This document shows, piece after piece, positions 1 to 12,559 of a DNA stretch of 64,000 bases. The stretch comes from Eledone cirrhosa (lineage: Eukaryota): assembly GCA_964016885.1 (NCBI GenBank), contig OZ024744.1, forward strand, positions 71,610,001-71,674,000, written 5' to 3'. The position numbers and the translations under genes were made by a program. The notes under the pieces are model-generated. The model was not told where the DNA came from. It saw only the letters and a program-made list of their open reading frames with translations, and did not search any database. Every line of letters starts with the position of its first letter. The first letter of the stretch is position 1.

Positions 1-3000
1 AATTAACATAAAATCGCGCCTAGTGGAACAGGCATCCGAGTCTCAAATCCAAAAAGCTTTGGGACATGTGTGGGCAAAAAAACGCCACATCAGACGTGGG
101 AAGAAATATGGAACCGTGGATGTGTTCTTTGAAACACCACAGGAGGCTAGAGAACACTCCATGGCCCCATTAAGAAGTGACGACTTCACACTCGTCCCAA
201 GCTATTGTGGCCAGAGACTCGTAAATATCAGGGTCACCCACATTCAACCGGCCATCGAAATGTCCTGGCTAATAGCTGCCATCCTAGCCGGCATCGAAGC
301 CAACACCAAGATAATCGAAATAGCGAAAGAAAAGCAGAAGAACTGGTCCAGATCTGGGATGGAGCTCCTGATCCAAGTGGACCAAAAAAGCATTGAGGAG
401 ATCCCAGAGGTAATAGACCTCACTGGCGACAGCCACCTCTCTTACCCACCCCAGTGACTCAACCATCAACACCACCAGCAGCAGAGATGGCAGCAACAAC
501 TGTAGCAGCAACAATAGAAGCAACTGTAACAGCAACAACCCCAGCAACAGTAGCAAAACCAACACTACCACCACCCAACGCGCCAGAAATAGCACCAGCG
601 CCTACACCATCCACCACGCCACAACCAAAACCAACGCCTGTGGAAAATTTTCCATTCCCCGGCCTATCACAACTGGAGACAGATTGTGACGACGAGGAGT
701 GGGAAACGGTATCAGGAAAAAAGAAAAAAAAAAGAAAAAAAGAAACCAAAAAAGAAAAAATTCTCTTCCTTCCCCCTCCAAAAACAAAATACAGAGGGAA
801 ACAAATAAACTATCAAACAAAAAAGTTAGGACAGATATGCCACTATCCACACCAGCATCACCAACCCCATCACCACAAAAACCAACACCATCACCATCAT
901 TAACCCCAACACCACCATCACCAACACCACAAAAGTCACCAAAAAGCGAAACAGAAACAAACCCACAACAAACGCAAACAAAACAAAACAACCAAAACGA
1001 TACACACTACACAGCATTAAATTTGAACAACAACCAATTATTACACTACATCCAACACAACACCAGCATCACAGAAAAAGACTACACAACAATCCAAAAC
1101 TTCACACCACCTCCACACATACAAATCACTCGCATCACACAGATAACGTACACGACACTTAAACAAAATTCCCCAAAGACATCGGAGACTTCCGACAAAC
1201 ACTCTCCAGGAGGATTTATAAGGACATCCTTCCGGAGGAGGACACAAGCAGTGAAAAGGATGGACAAACCATCCTTCCTCTACGAGAAGTAAGGTAAGTG
1301 GTCTTTCCCATCTTTTCCACTTCATTTCAACATGACCTCACTCAAAATAGGCAGCATAAATGCGCGTGGCTTGGGGTCGTCATGGAAGCAGGGCCACCTG
1401 CTCAATGACCTAAGGTCACTAAACATAGATGTAGTGGCCATCAGCGAGACCAGAATCTCCGAAGCACGGGCCTTCGCACCGATCTTCGGCGGCTACGATG
1501 TGTACGCATATCCCAGCCGTCCGGGATCGGGGGCGGAGGAGTTGCTGTGCTTTTTCGGAGAGGTTTGGATCTCGCCATACGGGCCATCTTCCTGGACCCA
1601 GAAGGTAAGTTGGTGGTGCTAGACGTGACCAGCGGAGACGGGCAAGCTTTCAGGCTAGTGGCCGTCTATACCCCGACAGGAGCAGGGCGGCCTGATTTCT
1701 TCCGGCGTCTGGAGACCTTTTTTGGAACGTCCCGCTCTTTAGTGTTAGTGGGCGACTGGGACGGGATCTTAGATGCACGCTGGGACTGTGTGGGATCAGC
1801 AGATAGGGGAGGAGGGTGCAAGAGCTTCACCAATCTGCTCAGGCGTTTTGAAATGTCTGACAGGTACCGATTGGATTTCCCGAATGTGGACTTGGACAAA
1901 TCGCATAGGGTCATCCAGATCATATCTAGATAGAGTATTTTGTAGGGAAATAGATAGGTCTAGCATAGGCTGTCCACAATTCAAGATAGTCAGCTACACG
2001 GACCACAAATTCGTGATCTGTGTGCTTGACTTAGATAGGCTTCATAGACGAGGACCCGGCTACTGGAAGCTAAACGCGTCCTTACCAGCGCGCAAGGCCT
2101 ACAAAGACCGGATTAGCGAACTAGTTAAGCGGCTGTTGACGAGGGCCATCGTCAACAACAAGTGGTGGTTTGCTCTGAAAAGAGCAATTAGAATAGAGAA
2201 AAATAGAGCAATAGAGAAAAATAGAGCAGAGGGAGAACTAGTTAGAAAATTAGACGAGGCGCTTAGCAAAGGCATCGCGACCGACGTACTTGCGGCGAAA
2301 TTGGTCCTTGACCAATTCTTCAATGCAAAGCACAATAGCTGCGTTATCAGCGCTAGGGTGCGTGCTCTCAGACACGAGGGGGCGAAAACCGTTCAATGGG
2401 CCCGAGTGGCGGAGGCGCGTCGTAGCAACAAAACCACGATCCGGTCTTTGGTGGACCACGACGGGCGCATGCTACTCGATCCCGGGCAAATGAATGAAGC
2501 TTTTCACAGACACTTCGCTCAGCTGTTCGGGGGCAGCGGCGGGCCGGGTCGATGGATGGACTTTAGTGCCTACCTCGACGGACTGTCGCGGCTCTCAGCT
2601 ACTGAGGCGGAGTGTTGCGAAAAGCCGATAACAGCCGCTGAAGTACGGGAGGCAATGATTGGCTGCACAAGAGGTAAATCGCCTGGTTTGGATGGTCTTC
2701 CCTATGAGCTTTACGTGCAGATGCCAGACTTGTTCGGAGGCCTCTTGGCGGACGTCTACTGCAACTGGCAACAGAACAGGAGAATTCCCAGCTATGTGAG
2801 CCGAGGAGCTGTGGCGCTGCTGAGAAAGGATCCGTACAAGGGGGATAACATAGATAATTTCCGGCCCATAACTCTGCTAAACACAGAGTTCAAGATTTTG
2901 GCCAAGGTGCTAGCAAAGAGGTTGGCGCTTGTCGTTGGTGGTCTGGTGGGAGAGGCGCAGACGTGCGCCATTCCCGACAGATCCATCCACGACAACCTCC

Positions 3001-4992
3001 ACCTCATGCGATACATGGTAGAGAGGGTAGCTAGTGAACCTGGCACGGGTGGGGCCTCGATCAATTTAGATCAGTCGAAAGCTTTCGATAGAGTCGACTA
3101 TCGTTATCTGGCGTTGAGGGCGGCTGGCTTTGGGCCCGTCTTCAGAGGCTGGATCGCTGCCATGCACAGCGACATCTGCTCTGTGGTGAGAGTGAACGGC
3201 CACCTTTCGGAACCGTTCAACATCATGCGCTCGGTCCGCCAAGGATGTCCCCTCTCGTCACTATTGTACGTATTGACTCTCGAGCCATTTCTGCATAAAC
3301 TGGAGACGTTGAGGGGGGGGGGTCCCGCGCGAACTAGGATGCGGAAGATCCGCGTCAGCACATGCGGACGAAGTCACCGTAGTGGTGTCGAACGCCAAAC
3401 ACATCGAGGCGATCGGCACTACATTAAGAGAATACGAAGCGGTGACAGGAGCAATGATCAATCATGAAAAGTCAGTGGGCCTGCAGCTCGGCACCTGGAG
3501 AGGCAGGTCCATGCCGTCCAACAGCGTCGTCGGGCGCTGGACGGACGCACCGGTTATATTCCTAGGGGTCTGGTTCGGTCCGGACCTCCAGACGGATAAA
3601 AACTGGGATTAGGTGACGAGCAGGGTGGCTCTCTCACCCAGAAATGGGCGGAGAGGAAGCTATCCCTGAAAAGTCGAGCGGAGGTGGCTAACGCGTACAT
3701 CGCGTCCGTCATCTACTACCCCCTGACCGTCGTGCCTTTTTCTAAGCCCCGCCTGACTGCGCTGGAGCGTTTGCTCTTTCGCTTTTTGTGGAAGGGACGC
3801 GCTCCGATGGTCAGGCGGTCCATCTGCTGTCAACACCCGCTACGTGGAGGGCTGGGCATGCCGTGGCTGATGATGCGTAGACACGCGCTCAGGCTACGAC
3901 ATCTCCACCTCTTCCTCGACGGTGATCAGGTGTGGTCGCCGTTTGCTAGACACGTTTTTCCCCAGCTCGTTTCCTTGACGGAACTGCAGTCCTGGGTCAA
4001 GCGAAGACCGAGAGGGAGTGCCTGGAGACTGGAATGTCTTCAGGCGCTCACAGCCCTCTACCAATCGGGCAATGTGATCGGTGGAAACTCCACCTTGGCG
4101 TTCTATAGAGGACTAGTGGAGCGGAAGAGCGACGACGTACTTGGGGAAACTCTAGGCCTCGACGAAAATCAACTACCCAATCTCTTCGGAAGAACTTTCG
4201 GGCCGGGGCCTATGGACAACTTCCAGAAATCTCTGGCCTGGCAGTGCTACCGAGGAGCCTTGCCAGTTCGGGATAAACTCTACAGGCATGGAGGAGTCGT
4301 CAGCCGGGCATCTCCGAGATGCGCGCAGGGCGACGAAACCGTCCTGCATGCACTCGTCCAGTGTCCGAGCATTGCTGACTTGTGGGTTTATGTCGAACAC
4401 CTGCTGTCACGTGTAGGACGGATCCAGCTATCAGCTGCGTCCATCTTGAGGATTGCCGCGCCCTCTTCCTTTAGCCGGGAAGGGCAGGCAGTATTTATGT
4501 GTCTGGTGGCCATGGCGAAAGAGATAGTATGGTGGACACGTTTGAAAGGACTGAAGATGAGACTTACCTCTTCGGTGATGTCCTGATTAACTTTTTCAAA
4601 TTTCATTTGAAAAGGAAAATCAGGGTAGAGAGGGAAGTGCTCTTCCCAGCATTTTGTTGAAAGATGGGTGAGAGAAGCAAGTATGGCCCGAATGAATGGG
4701 CCTTCTCTGAGTATGTGTCTGTAAATTAAAGGTGGAAAACTGGGAGAGGGGACTTGCCCTGGTGGTCAGGGTCACTGTGGTCTTTTAATGGGCTTTCTCC
4801 ACAAATGTCCCTCGGAAGTCTCCCCCCTATTGTGGAATTTTTCTTTGTTATTTTATTACATCCTCTGTTTTTTTTACACGCAGAAATGCCCATTTGTACC
4901 GTCCTGTATTGTCCTGTACTGTCCTTAATGTCTACTTTATGTAAACCCTTGTGGTTAATAAAGAAAACATTATTATTATTATTATTATTATT
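1..4992 (+). mobile_element. Tx1-like non-LTR retrotransposon, copy A (5' end outside window; both ORFs disrupted; (TTA)n tail)
   Basis: Pro/Thr-rich gag-like ORF1 remnants, then APE endonuclease (SINARGL, ISETR, LVGDW, SYLDR, TDHK), RT (KSPGLDGLPYELY, FRPITLLN, LDQSKAFDRV, VRQGCPLS) and C-terminal CAQGDETVLHALVQC; 3' UTR ends AATAAAGAAAAC(ATT)n. Confidence 0.92.
1332..4724 (+). pseudogene. Tx1 copy A ORF2 (APE-RT-Zn finger), several frameshifts and stops
   Basis: ORF pieces 1332-1622, 1547-1933, 1773-3467, 3382-3612 and 3684-4586 are collinear with the near-intact ORF2 of copy C. Confidence 0.9.
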
Positions 4993-5190
4993 AATTGGCA
5001 GTATCGGTAGAGAGTCGGACGCCATGCTTTCCAGCATAGTTACGTCCTCCCTTTACAGTCTGAGTTCAAATCCCGCCGAGGTTAACTTTGCCTTTCATCC
5101 TTACGGGGTCGATAAAATAAAGTACCAGTAATGTACTGGGTAATTAATGGCCTTGTGCCAAAAGTAGAAACAATTATTATTATTATTATT
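4993..5190 (+). mobile_element. tRNA-derived SINE, short family with (ATT)n tail
   Basis: A-box-like TGGCAGTATCGG, B-box GAGTTCAAATCCC, core GCCTTTCATCCTTACGGGGTCGATAAAATAAAGTACCAG, tail GGCCTTGTGCCAAAAGTAGAAACA(ATT)n; at least 10 copies in the window. Confidence 0.9.
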
Positions 5191-8100
5191 CTTTCCGTCT
5201 CAGTCATTGATGTTACTTAACTGGAAAGTTTGTTGAAATGAATATCAAGCCACTACCTGCAGCCTCAGATATTCAGGACGTATCGGAGGGTTCTTGCTGT
5301 TCCCAGCAAGCATGCCTTTTGAAGTGTTCCAAAAAGCGGGGCTGGACCAATTTTCTTTAACCATGCTTGAAAACTCTTTGAGATAGTCCCTAGTGCGCCT
5401 ATGACAATCGGGACCACTTTGACCTCATGGCAGTTCCAAATCCTTTTTACCTCCCACTTTAAGTCCTGGTATCGGTTAATTTTCTCCCCTCCTTCTCTTG
5501 CACTCTCGTGTCGAATGGGCAGGCCACATCCACAATCAGACACGATCTTTTTTCCTTGTCCAAAACCACCAGGTCAGGTCTATTGGGTTCCAGTTTCTTG
5601 TCCGTCTGTATCCTAAAATCCTACAGCACCTTCACCTGATCGTTTTCCATCACCGACTCTAGCTTATGCTCATACCACTTCTCAGAATGTGGTAAATTGT
5701 TTACCTTGCATAGGTGCCAGTGGATCACCCTGCCCATCACATCATCTCTCCAGCCTTATATAGTGAGTCTGGGCTGGGTGTTTACACTCGGATACAATGT
5801 GACCACAATCTCCTCTCTCACTCCATAGATCCTGCACAGTGGGCTATCCTCCCCTTTGTAAATATGGTGTTTCACCCACTTCGTTCTGAGGCCCTGCTCT
5901 TGCGCAGCCATTAGCATTCATTCTTTAGCCTTTTTAAGGTCTCTATTTAACCAGTTCCATGTCTGTGGATCTCTAAATTCAGTTTTCTCAAAGAAGGTAC
6001 TATGAAGAGATTTTTCACGAAAGTCGCTCTTCCACCTTGTTCCGCCTTGGACATCCCCTGGTCTATTGTCCTCTCCTTCAGTACAATTCTGAGCATTGGC
6101 TCCCTACTGTCAGTCACGTATTTGTGTAGGTTGTTTTTCTCCATCTGAACACAGTCCCCTATGCTGATAAGACCTCTTCCACCTTCAGATCTCTTTAAGT
6201 AGATTCTATCGACATCACTCCTCTTGTGGAACATGTTGTAGATAGTCAATAGCTTCCTACTCTTCCTATCCATTTCTTTTTGTTCAGCAACATTCAATTT
6301 CAGAATTCCCGCAATGTACCTAATAATAGACACAGCTCGGGAATTTACTGCACTTATGACATTTCTACTGTTCAGATGTGACTTTCATACGCTCCTTACT
6401 CTCCGAATGTACTCAGAACTTATCAATTCCTTCATTTTTTTGTTCTTGATGTCATCTGCTTCCAGAACACCTAAATATTTGTATCCTTCTTCAGTATCAA
6501 TTTCCTTTATCATCTCACCTTTTGGTACCTGGATTCTGTTGCTTCTGCTCAATTTACCCATCTTCATCACTAGGACTCCACACTTATTAATACCAAATTG
6601 CATACATATACCATTGCTGAATGATGGTTGATGGTAAGGTCTCCTTTTCCCAACTTGTATCCTGCTCTCACTTTTTGCAGTATAATGGTCAGGGGTATCA
6701 GGGCAATGACAAACAACAGAGGGGACAAACTATCTCCCTGGAAGATACCTCTCTTGATCTTCACGCTTCCAAAGGATTCTCCAGTTGATGTTAACTCTGT
6801 TTCCCAGGACTTCATATTTTTGCCCAACAACTGTCTGATGTTATCTGCCACCTTGAAGATCTCTAGGCTTCTGGTTATCGAAGAATGAGGTACCATGTCA
6901 AATGCCTTTTTGTAATCTATCCATCCCATGGCAAGACCAGTGTGTCTCCTCTTGCAATTCCTCATTACCATCTTATCAATAAGTAACTGGTCTTTTGTAC
7001 CACGGGACTTCTTTCGGCATCCTTTCTGTTCGTCCGGTAACAAGTTGTTTATGTGGAGGTGATGGTAGATTTCCTGAGACACAATGCTTGTTAACAGTTT
7101 CCACATTACGGACAGGCATGTGATAGGTCTATATTTGGTAACATCATTACCCTTGATTTGGTCTTTCATTACCAGAACTGTGGTACCTTCTGTCAACCAC
7201 TCTGGTACCTCACCTGACATCAAGCAGTAATTGAACATGGTTGTCAGTTTCGGGTGGAGGGGTGTTATATTTTTAATCCAATACCCTTGCATACCATCTG
7301 GGCCTGGTGATTTCCAGTTGGTTAGTTGTTTGGCCTGCCCTTTAAGAGTTTCAACTGTGATACTCAAATCAATTTGTTGGTGTGCCTGTTCACTAATCTC
7401 CTTTTGTACTGTCTCAATCCACACTGCCTGATCATTATGTTCAACGTCCTGCTCCCATATTCCTCTCCAGAATGTCTTAGTCTGTTCTGCCTCAGGGATC
7501 AAGTCGTTACCTCTTTCTTTCCCTTCGAGCTGTCCAAACAACATCTTTTGGTTGTTGTCAAACATGCGGGTCTGTCTATACTGACTGACTCTGTTCTCGA
7601 ATCGCCTAATCTTTGCACTCTTTGCTACAATGCGCTGCTTCAGTTCCTCTATAATAATATTTAGCTTTTTCCTCCTAGTTTTGTACTTTATTTCCAGTCT
7701 ATTTTTATTGTCTATGTTTTTTAGTGTCCCATTCAGTAGGGACTCAAGATTTCCAATGTCTTTTCTCATTTCCTTTATTTGACCATTCAGTCGTTTCTTC
7801 CACCAAGGTTCTGATCTTTCTTGTTTGTTGTTTCCTCTCGCTTTTATGCCAAGTAATTTCCTCACCTCATTTGCTGTTGCTTTGAGGATATTGTTGCACT
7901 GGTGAAGGCTCCTCGTCTCAAGGTATGGGATGACTTTGTTTACCTTAGCTATTGTTTCTTTTAACTTTTTACTGTCTACAAATCTTAGGTTCATAGGTTT
8001 CCTACTATCATTGTTCATTTCATCTACCACTAAGTTTAGGATATCAATCAAATCTTGTCCTAGCCCGTCAGCATTCATTTCCTCAATGGCCGTATCTTTG

Positions 8101-8690
8101 TTCCCGATGTTATTTATTTCAGCATTCAGATCATTGTCTGCTTCGGATGGTTCCTCCTTTCTCTTAACCTCTTCACCTTCATTTCCCACTGGCTCGTTTG
8201 CCTCACATACCCCACTCTCCATTTCCAACCTAACCTCTCTGCTCAGTTCCTCCAGTTCCAACTCGCTTATCCATCCATTAGTTCTTATTACCCGAGCCTG
8301 CCCGGCGAATTTTTGTTCATCTAATTTAAATAGACCAATCTCGTTCCAGATATTATGCATCCGTTTCCTATAGCCTTTTTCCATGTGGTTACTCTTCAGG
8401 TAACATTCAATTCTTTCGTCCAGTTGGTTCTTTTCCCTTTCCTTCTTCTTCCTCCAACACCAACAGTATTTAGATGACAGCCCGGTTCCTGCTGCTGGGC
8501 CAGGTGTCACTTGCTGGTGAGAGTCTGTCACGTGACGTTCCAGTCTCTTCTTCACCGTTATTCTAACTGTTTAGATTCGACATTTAAACACTCATATCGA
8601 GGATTGGTGAATGTATGGTTACATAACCACCGGTGATTTCACCCCCGGTGATTTTAGCGTGGCACCATCACGCTGTAGACGAACATAAAT
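5191..8690 (-). mobile_element. R4/Dong-like RLE non-LTR retrotransposon, copy 1 (near full length, disrupted single ORF ~5265-8583)
   Basis: RT motifs WKSPGPDG, YRPITCL, WIDYKKAFDMVPH, GIFQGDSLSPLLF; RLE C-terminus KINRYQDLKWEVKRIW..VVPIVIGALGTI; 3' end abuts (TAA)n; the DD motif region is deleted relative to copy 2. Confidence 0.88.
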
Positions 8691-8947
8691 AAACAAATAA
8701 ATAGATAAAAACTTAAAAAAAATAAGCATAAGTTTCATTGTAATGTTTGAATGTCTGACTTAGTTTTTTTGTTTGTTTTTTTTCCTTTACGTTTTTCGTT
8801 TTTCAAGGCCCGTAACATCGGTTACTAGTGTTGTTGTTGCTGCTGCTGCTGGTTTTGATTTTAGCTACGAGGGAAGTAGGGGTTGTTGCGTTCAAAACTT
8901 TTGAAATTTGTTTTTGTTGTTTCATTTGTTTTTGTCTCTATTATATT

Positions 8948-9140
8948 GTGGATTGGCAGTATCGGTAGAGGATCGGACGCCATGCTTTAACCCATAGAGT
9001 TATGGCCCTTGCCATTCTGAGTTCAAATCCCGCCGAGGTTAACTTTGCCTTTAATCCTTATGGGGTCGATAAAATAAAGTACCAGTAATACACTGGGTAA
9101 TTGCTGGCCTTGTGCCAAAAGTAGAAACAATTATTATTAT
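8948..9140 (+). mobile_element. tRNA-derived SINE, short family
   Basis: Same A/B boxes, core and tail as 4993-5190. Confidence 0.88.
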
Positions 9141-9719
9141 ACTATAGTTTAGATTTGACATCGTTTAAACTAAACATTTTGAGAGAGTTTAGAGATACAT
9201 GGTGTTGTTGTTAGCTGTTTGACCGGGTCACTAACCCAGTCTATTTATATCTTTTGATGCCTTCCTCGCTTCTAGTCATGTGTAGTGGCACTACTACAAT
9301 CCCTCTCTTAACAGGAGGTAGTGATGATGCAGTGGTGGCGGTGATGATGGGATAGTAGTACTATAGTGATGGTGTTGCTGCAGCCGTTGGTTTGTATTTG
9401 GCTAATTTTTTTGTGGTAGTGGTGATGGTAACGGCGGCGGTGGTGGTATTGGTGTTGAAATTATTTGGCTGTTGTTTGTAACCATTTTCTTTTTTGACTA
9501 TAAAATTTCTGATACAAAATTAAATATTAAATATTGGAGCCCTACGCCATAATGTGATGCGTTGTCATTCCTGAGAGCTAAGACTGGTATCTTATGTTCC
9601 ATTTGTAATAAGAATTATTCTCTCACAATTGTTTTAAATATGTAAAAAATCAAAAACTTACGGGAGCGATCCCATAACACTCTATCCACCATGTGCGTAG
9701 CTTCCTTTATTCATTATTA

Positions 9720-10047
9720 TTTACGTCCCTTTACGGTCTGAGTTCAAATCCCGCCGAGGTTTACTTTGCCTTTCATCCTTACGGGGTCGATAAAATAAAG
9801 TACCAGTAATGCACTGGGTAATTGCTGGCCTTGTGCCTAAAGTAGAGACAATTATTATTATTGGATTAGCAGTATCGGTAGAGGGTAGGACGCCATGCTT
9901 TCCAGCATAGTTATGTCCCCTTAAGATCTGAGTTCAAATCCCGCCGAGGTTAGCTTTGCCTTTCATCCTTACGGGATCGATAAAATAATGTACCAGTAAT
10001 GCACTGGGTAATTGCTGGCCTTGTGCCTAAAGTAGAAACAATTATTA
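9720..10047 (+). mobile_element. Two tandem short-family SINEs (first 5'-truncated, second starts in the ATT tail of the first)
   Basis: Two B-boxes (about 9740 and 9930) and two GGCCTTGTGCCTAAAGTAGA tails separated by (ATT)n. Confidence 0.85.
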
Positions 10048-10184
10048 TGTCTATTTCTTTTCTTATATGAATAATAAAAATCTTTACACGAACAAAACCT
10101 CCATCGTACCGTCCTGTGCCGTCTGTAATGTTTTTCTTGATGTCAGCCCTTGTGCCTAATAAAGAAATCATTATTATTATTATT
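10048..10184 (+). mobile_element. 3' UTR-only fragment of a Tx1 element (copy B type)
   Basis: GTCCTGTGCCGTCTGTAATG..GTCAGCCCTTGTGCCTAATAAAGAAATC(ATT)n matches the reverse complement of 39455-39520. Confidence 0.75.
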
Positions 10185-10569
10185 GTTGTTGTTCTGGTTG
10201 TCGTTGTCGTTGTTGTTGTTGTTGTTTTTCTGTTTCTACTCAGTGAAATTCACACTGTCTTGGACCTCAGAAATCAGTAACCAATCTGTTAATATTCTTT
10301 ATCAGCATGGAAAGTAAAACATCCTGGTTTATACCACAAGACTACACGCTGTAAGTAGAAGAAAAAAAGGAATAGAATGTTATTATTAGCGTAAACTACG
10401 ACGAACTCACATTCATACATACAGACACGTATCAATAAATTTAAACACCGCACTGGCATAAAGTAGCACACACACACATAGACACAGACACACATGCACA
10501 CATACACACACACACACATAGACATAGACACACACACAGACACAAATATATAAAAAAAAACAAACTTTG

Positions 10570-10972
10570 TTCTGTGAAGAAACATGGCTGCTGCTGTCTT
10601 CATTACCACCACTCTATTAACAAGAACTCATTATCAAGTCAAATTTTGAGCAAGAAAGATGGGAAAAAAACTTACTCCAACATTTGATTTTAATTTTAAA
10701 TCTTTAATTTTTAGTTTTTAACTCCTATTAATTCTTTTTAATTTTTTATTTCAATACTCAACATTTGATAAGATGAATTTTAATAATACATCGAAACCGG
10801 TAATACTTTATATACTTTATATACATTTATAAAAGTTTTTTTTAAAAAGAATTGTCCCTCTCACCTTTTCAATAATGTCATCTTTTCAATAATGTCACTT
10901 TGACGAATCAAAGAAAGGATAAAACAAGATAAACAGACCCTTAAATATATTTTCCGTGCTATTTCCAACTTC

Positions 10973-10975
<3 letters not shown>
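10570..10975 (+). repeat. Dispersed ~400-bp repeat with decayed hammerhead motif, copy 1 (probable PLE 3' end)
   Basis: Closely matches 27195-27575; contains TTGATAA GATG..CATC GAAA CCGG TA. Confidence 0.65.
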
Positions 10976-11057
<82 letters not shown>

Positions 11058-11259
11058 GAAACAGAACACTGGTGGGTTATATCCGCAGGAGTAGAGCACG
11101 AGTTTAGTAGTAGCAGTTCCACGACAGTTAGTAAACCATTTCCGAGGACAATTTATTTCATCTCAACGGATCATTAGCTCGGTTTAGATTGTCGTCGGAA
11201 AAGGTTGTGGAACTATTTATATATAGATATATAAAGTCTGTATTAAGCCAGAAAGCTCA

Positions 11260-11470
11260 TTTGACCGGTATTTATCCCGATTTAATGACATGAAGCAACT
11301 GAGAGTACAAGACTCCCCCGTGGACAGGACGCTAATCCATCGAAGGGTTAAACCCCCAGCTATTGCTGGTACTAATTTTCAGCTGAGTATACTGGAGCAA
11401 CGTGAAATGAAGTGTTTTGCTCAAGAACTCAACACGCAACCCAGGAATCGAACCTACGACATTATGCCTC
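11260..11470 (-). mobile_element. tRNA-derived SINE, second family
   Basis: Minus strand GGTTCGATTCC B-box followed by TTGAGCAAAACACTTCATTTCACGTTGCTCC; same body as 14910-15128. Confidence 0.7.
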
Positions 11471-11559
11471 CATGATTGATTAATTATTTGTGTTTGCTTA
11501 ATAACCTGGTTGAGAACTTCAAAATTCGGTAGATGCTGAACGGAGTCAATTCTTTTTTT

Positions 11560-11835
11560 CACACTTTGAATTTGCCCGCCAAAGACCCGGATGTGTTCCT
11601 TCCTCTGCTTGAGAAAGAAAACGTGACAGCGCCGCAGTGAGTGATACTACAGTCACTTACGGCGACGCTTCACACCAAGTTCTAGGCCCGGAACGGAAAC
11701 CCATTGATAACGTGAGTCCACGTTTCGGTCTTCAAACGCTACAAACTTGTATATTGCGCAAGTTGGATTGTTGATTTAGAATTCACAAAAACCACTCGAG
11801 GATATTGTATAATATCTTTCGATACAGTCCAGGTT
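11560..11835. promoter_or_regulatory. Candidate host promoter / first exon (E2F + CHR-like, ETS motifs)
   Basis: Unique CpG-rich patch; TTTGAATTTGCCCGCCAAA at 11565-11583 (minus: TTTGGCGGG CAAA TTCAAA), CCGGATGTG, CCGGAACGGAAAC; possible donor CAG|GTTTGT at 11832. Confidence 0.35.
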
Positions 11836-12062
11836 TGTTATTTAAGCTGATTGTATTTTCGTTCTTGTGGTGGCTTCTGTAGCTTTGTCCCCTTAACCAC
11901 AGTTTTCAATTTGTCATGCTATTTAACGTATGTTTATTACTCTAAGATGTAACTTATTGATTTATCGATATATTATTGTGTGCTTCGTGCAAAGCTCCGA
12001 ATATTTTTTTTTTTCGTGGATGCTGGCCGAACGCCGCAACTTCGATGTTACTCACTTCCAAT

Positions 12063-12117
<55 letters not shown>

Positions 12118-12121
<4 letters not shown>

Positions 12122-12559
12122 GATATTAACAAATAGAAACTATATTTATAAAACCATATTTATTTCATTATACATATTTCAAGGACACCAAGTTAAATTA
12201 TGGTGTGCTTTCATCAGACAAAATATAATATAGATCAGTTTTATAAATAAATATTGACATACCCTTAAAAAATGCAACCATTACTGTTGGAAGCTCCCGT
12301 GTGCTTCCAATAGTAATGGTTGCATTTTTTAAGGGTATGTCAATATTTATTTATAAAACTGATCTATATTATATTTTGTCTGATGAAAGCACACCATAAT
12401 TTAACTTGGTGTCCTTGAAATATGTATAATGAAATAAATATGGTTTTATAAATATAGTTTCCATTTGTTAATATCGTATTTTTACTCCAAATATTTGTTG
12501 AGTGCTTTATATCAGAAAAATATTTGCTTGTTGTATCCCGACAATTTAAATAGAACTTT

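Noticed and set aside
4993-5190. SINE heads as functional tRNA genes
   Set aside because: A/B boxes present but no complete cloverleaf or terminator, and all are fused to a SINE body
7930-8373. Antisense ORFs inside LINEs (also 40489-41109, 51407-52048)
   Set aside because: Shadow frames of retrotransposon coding sequence with no independent evidence
11585-11830. 7SK RNA because of GGATGTG
   Set aside because: No GATC repeat stem, no complementary CACATCC and no 3' hairpin with oligo-T
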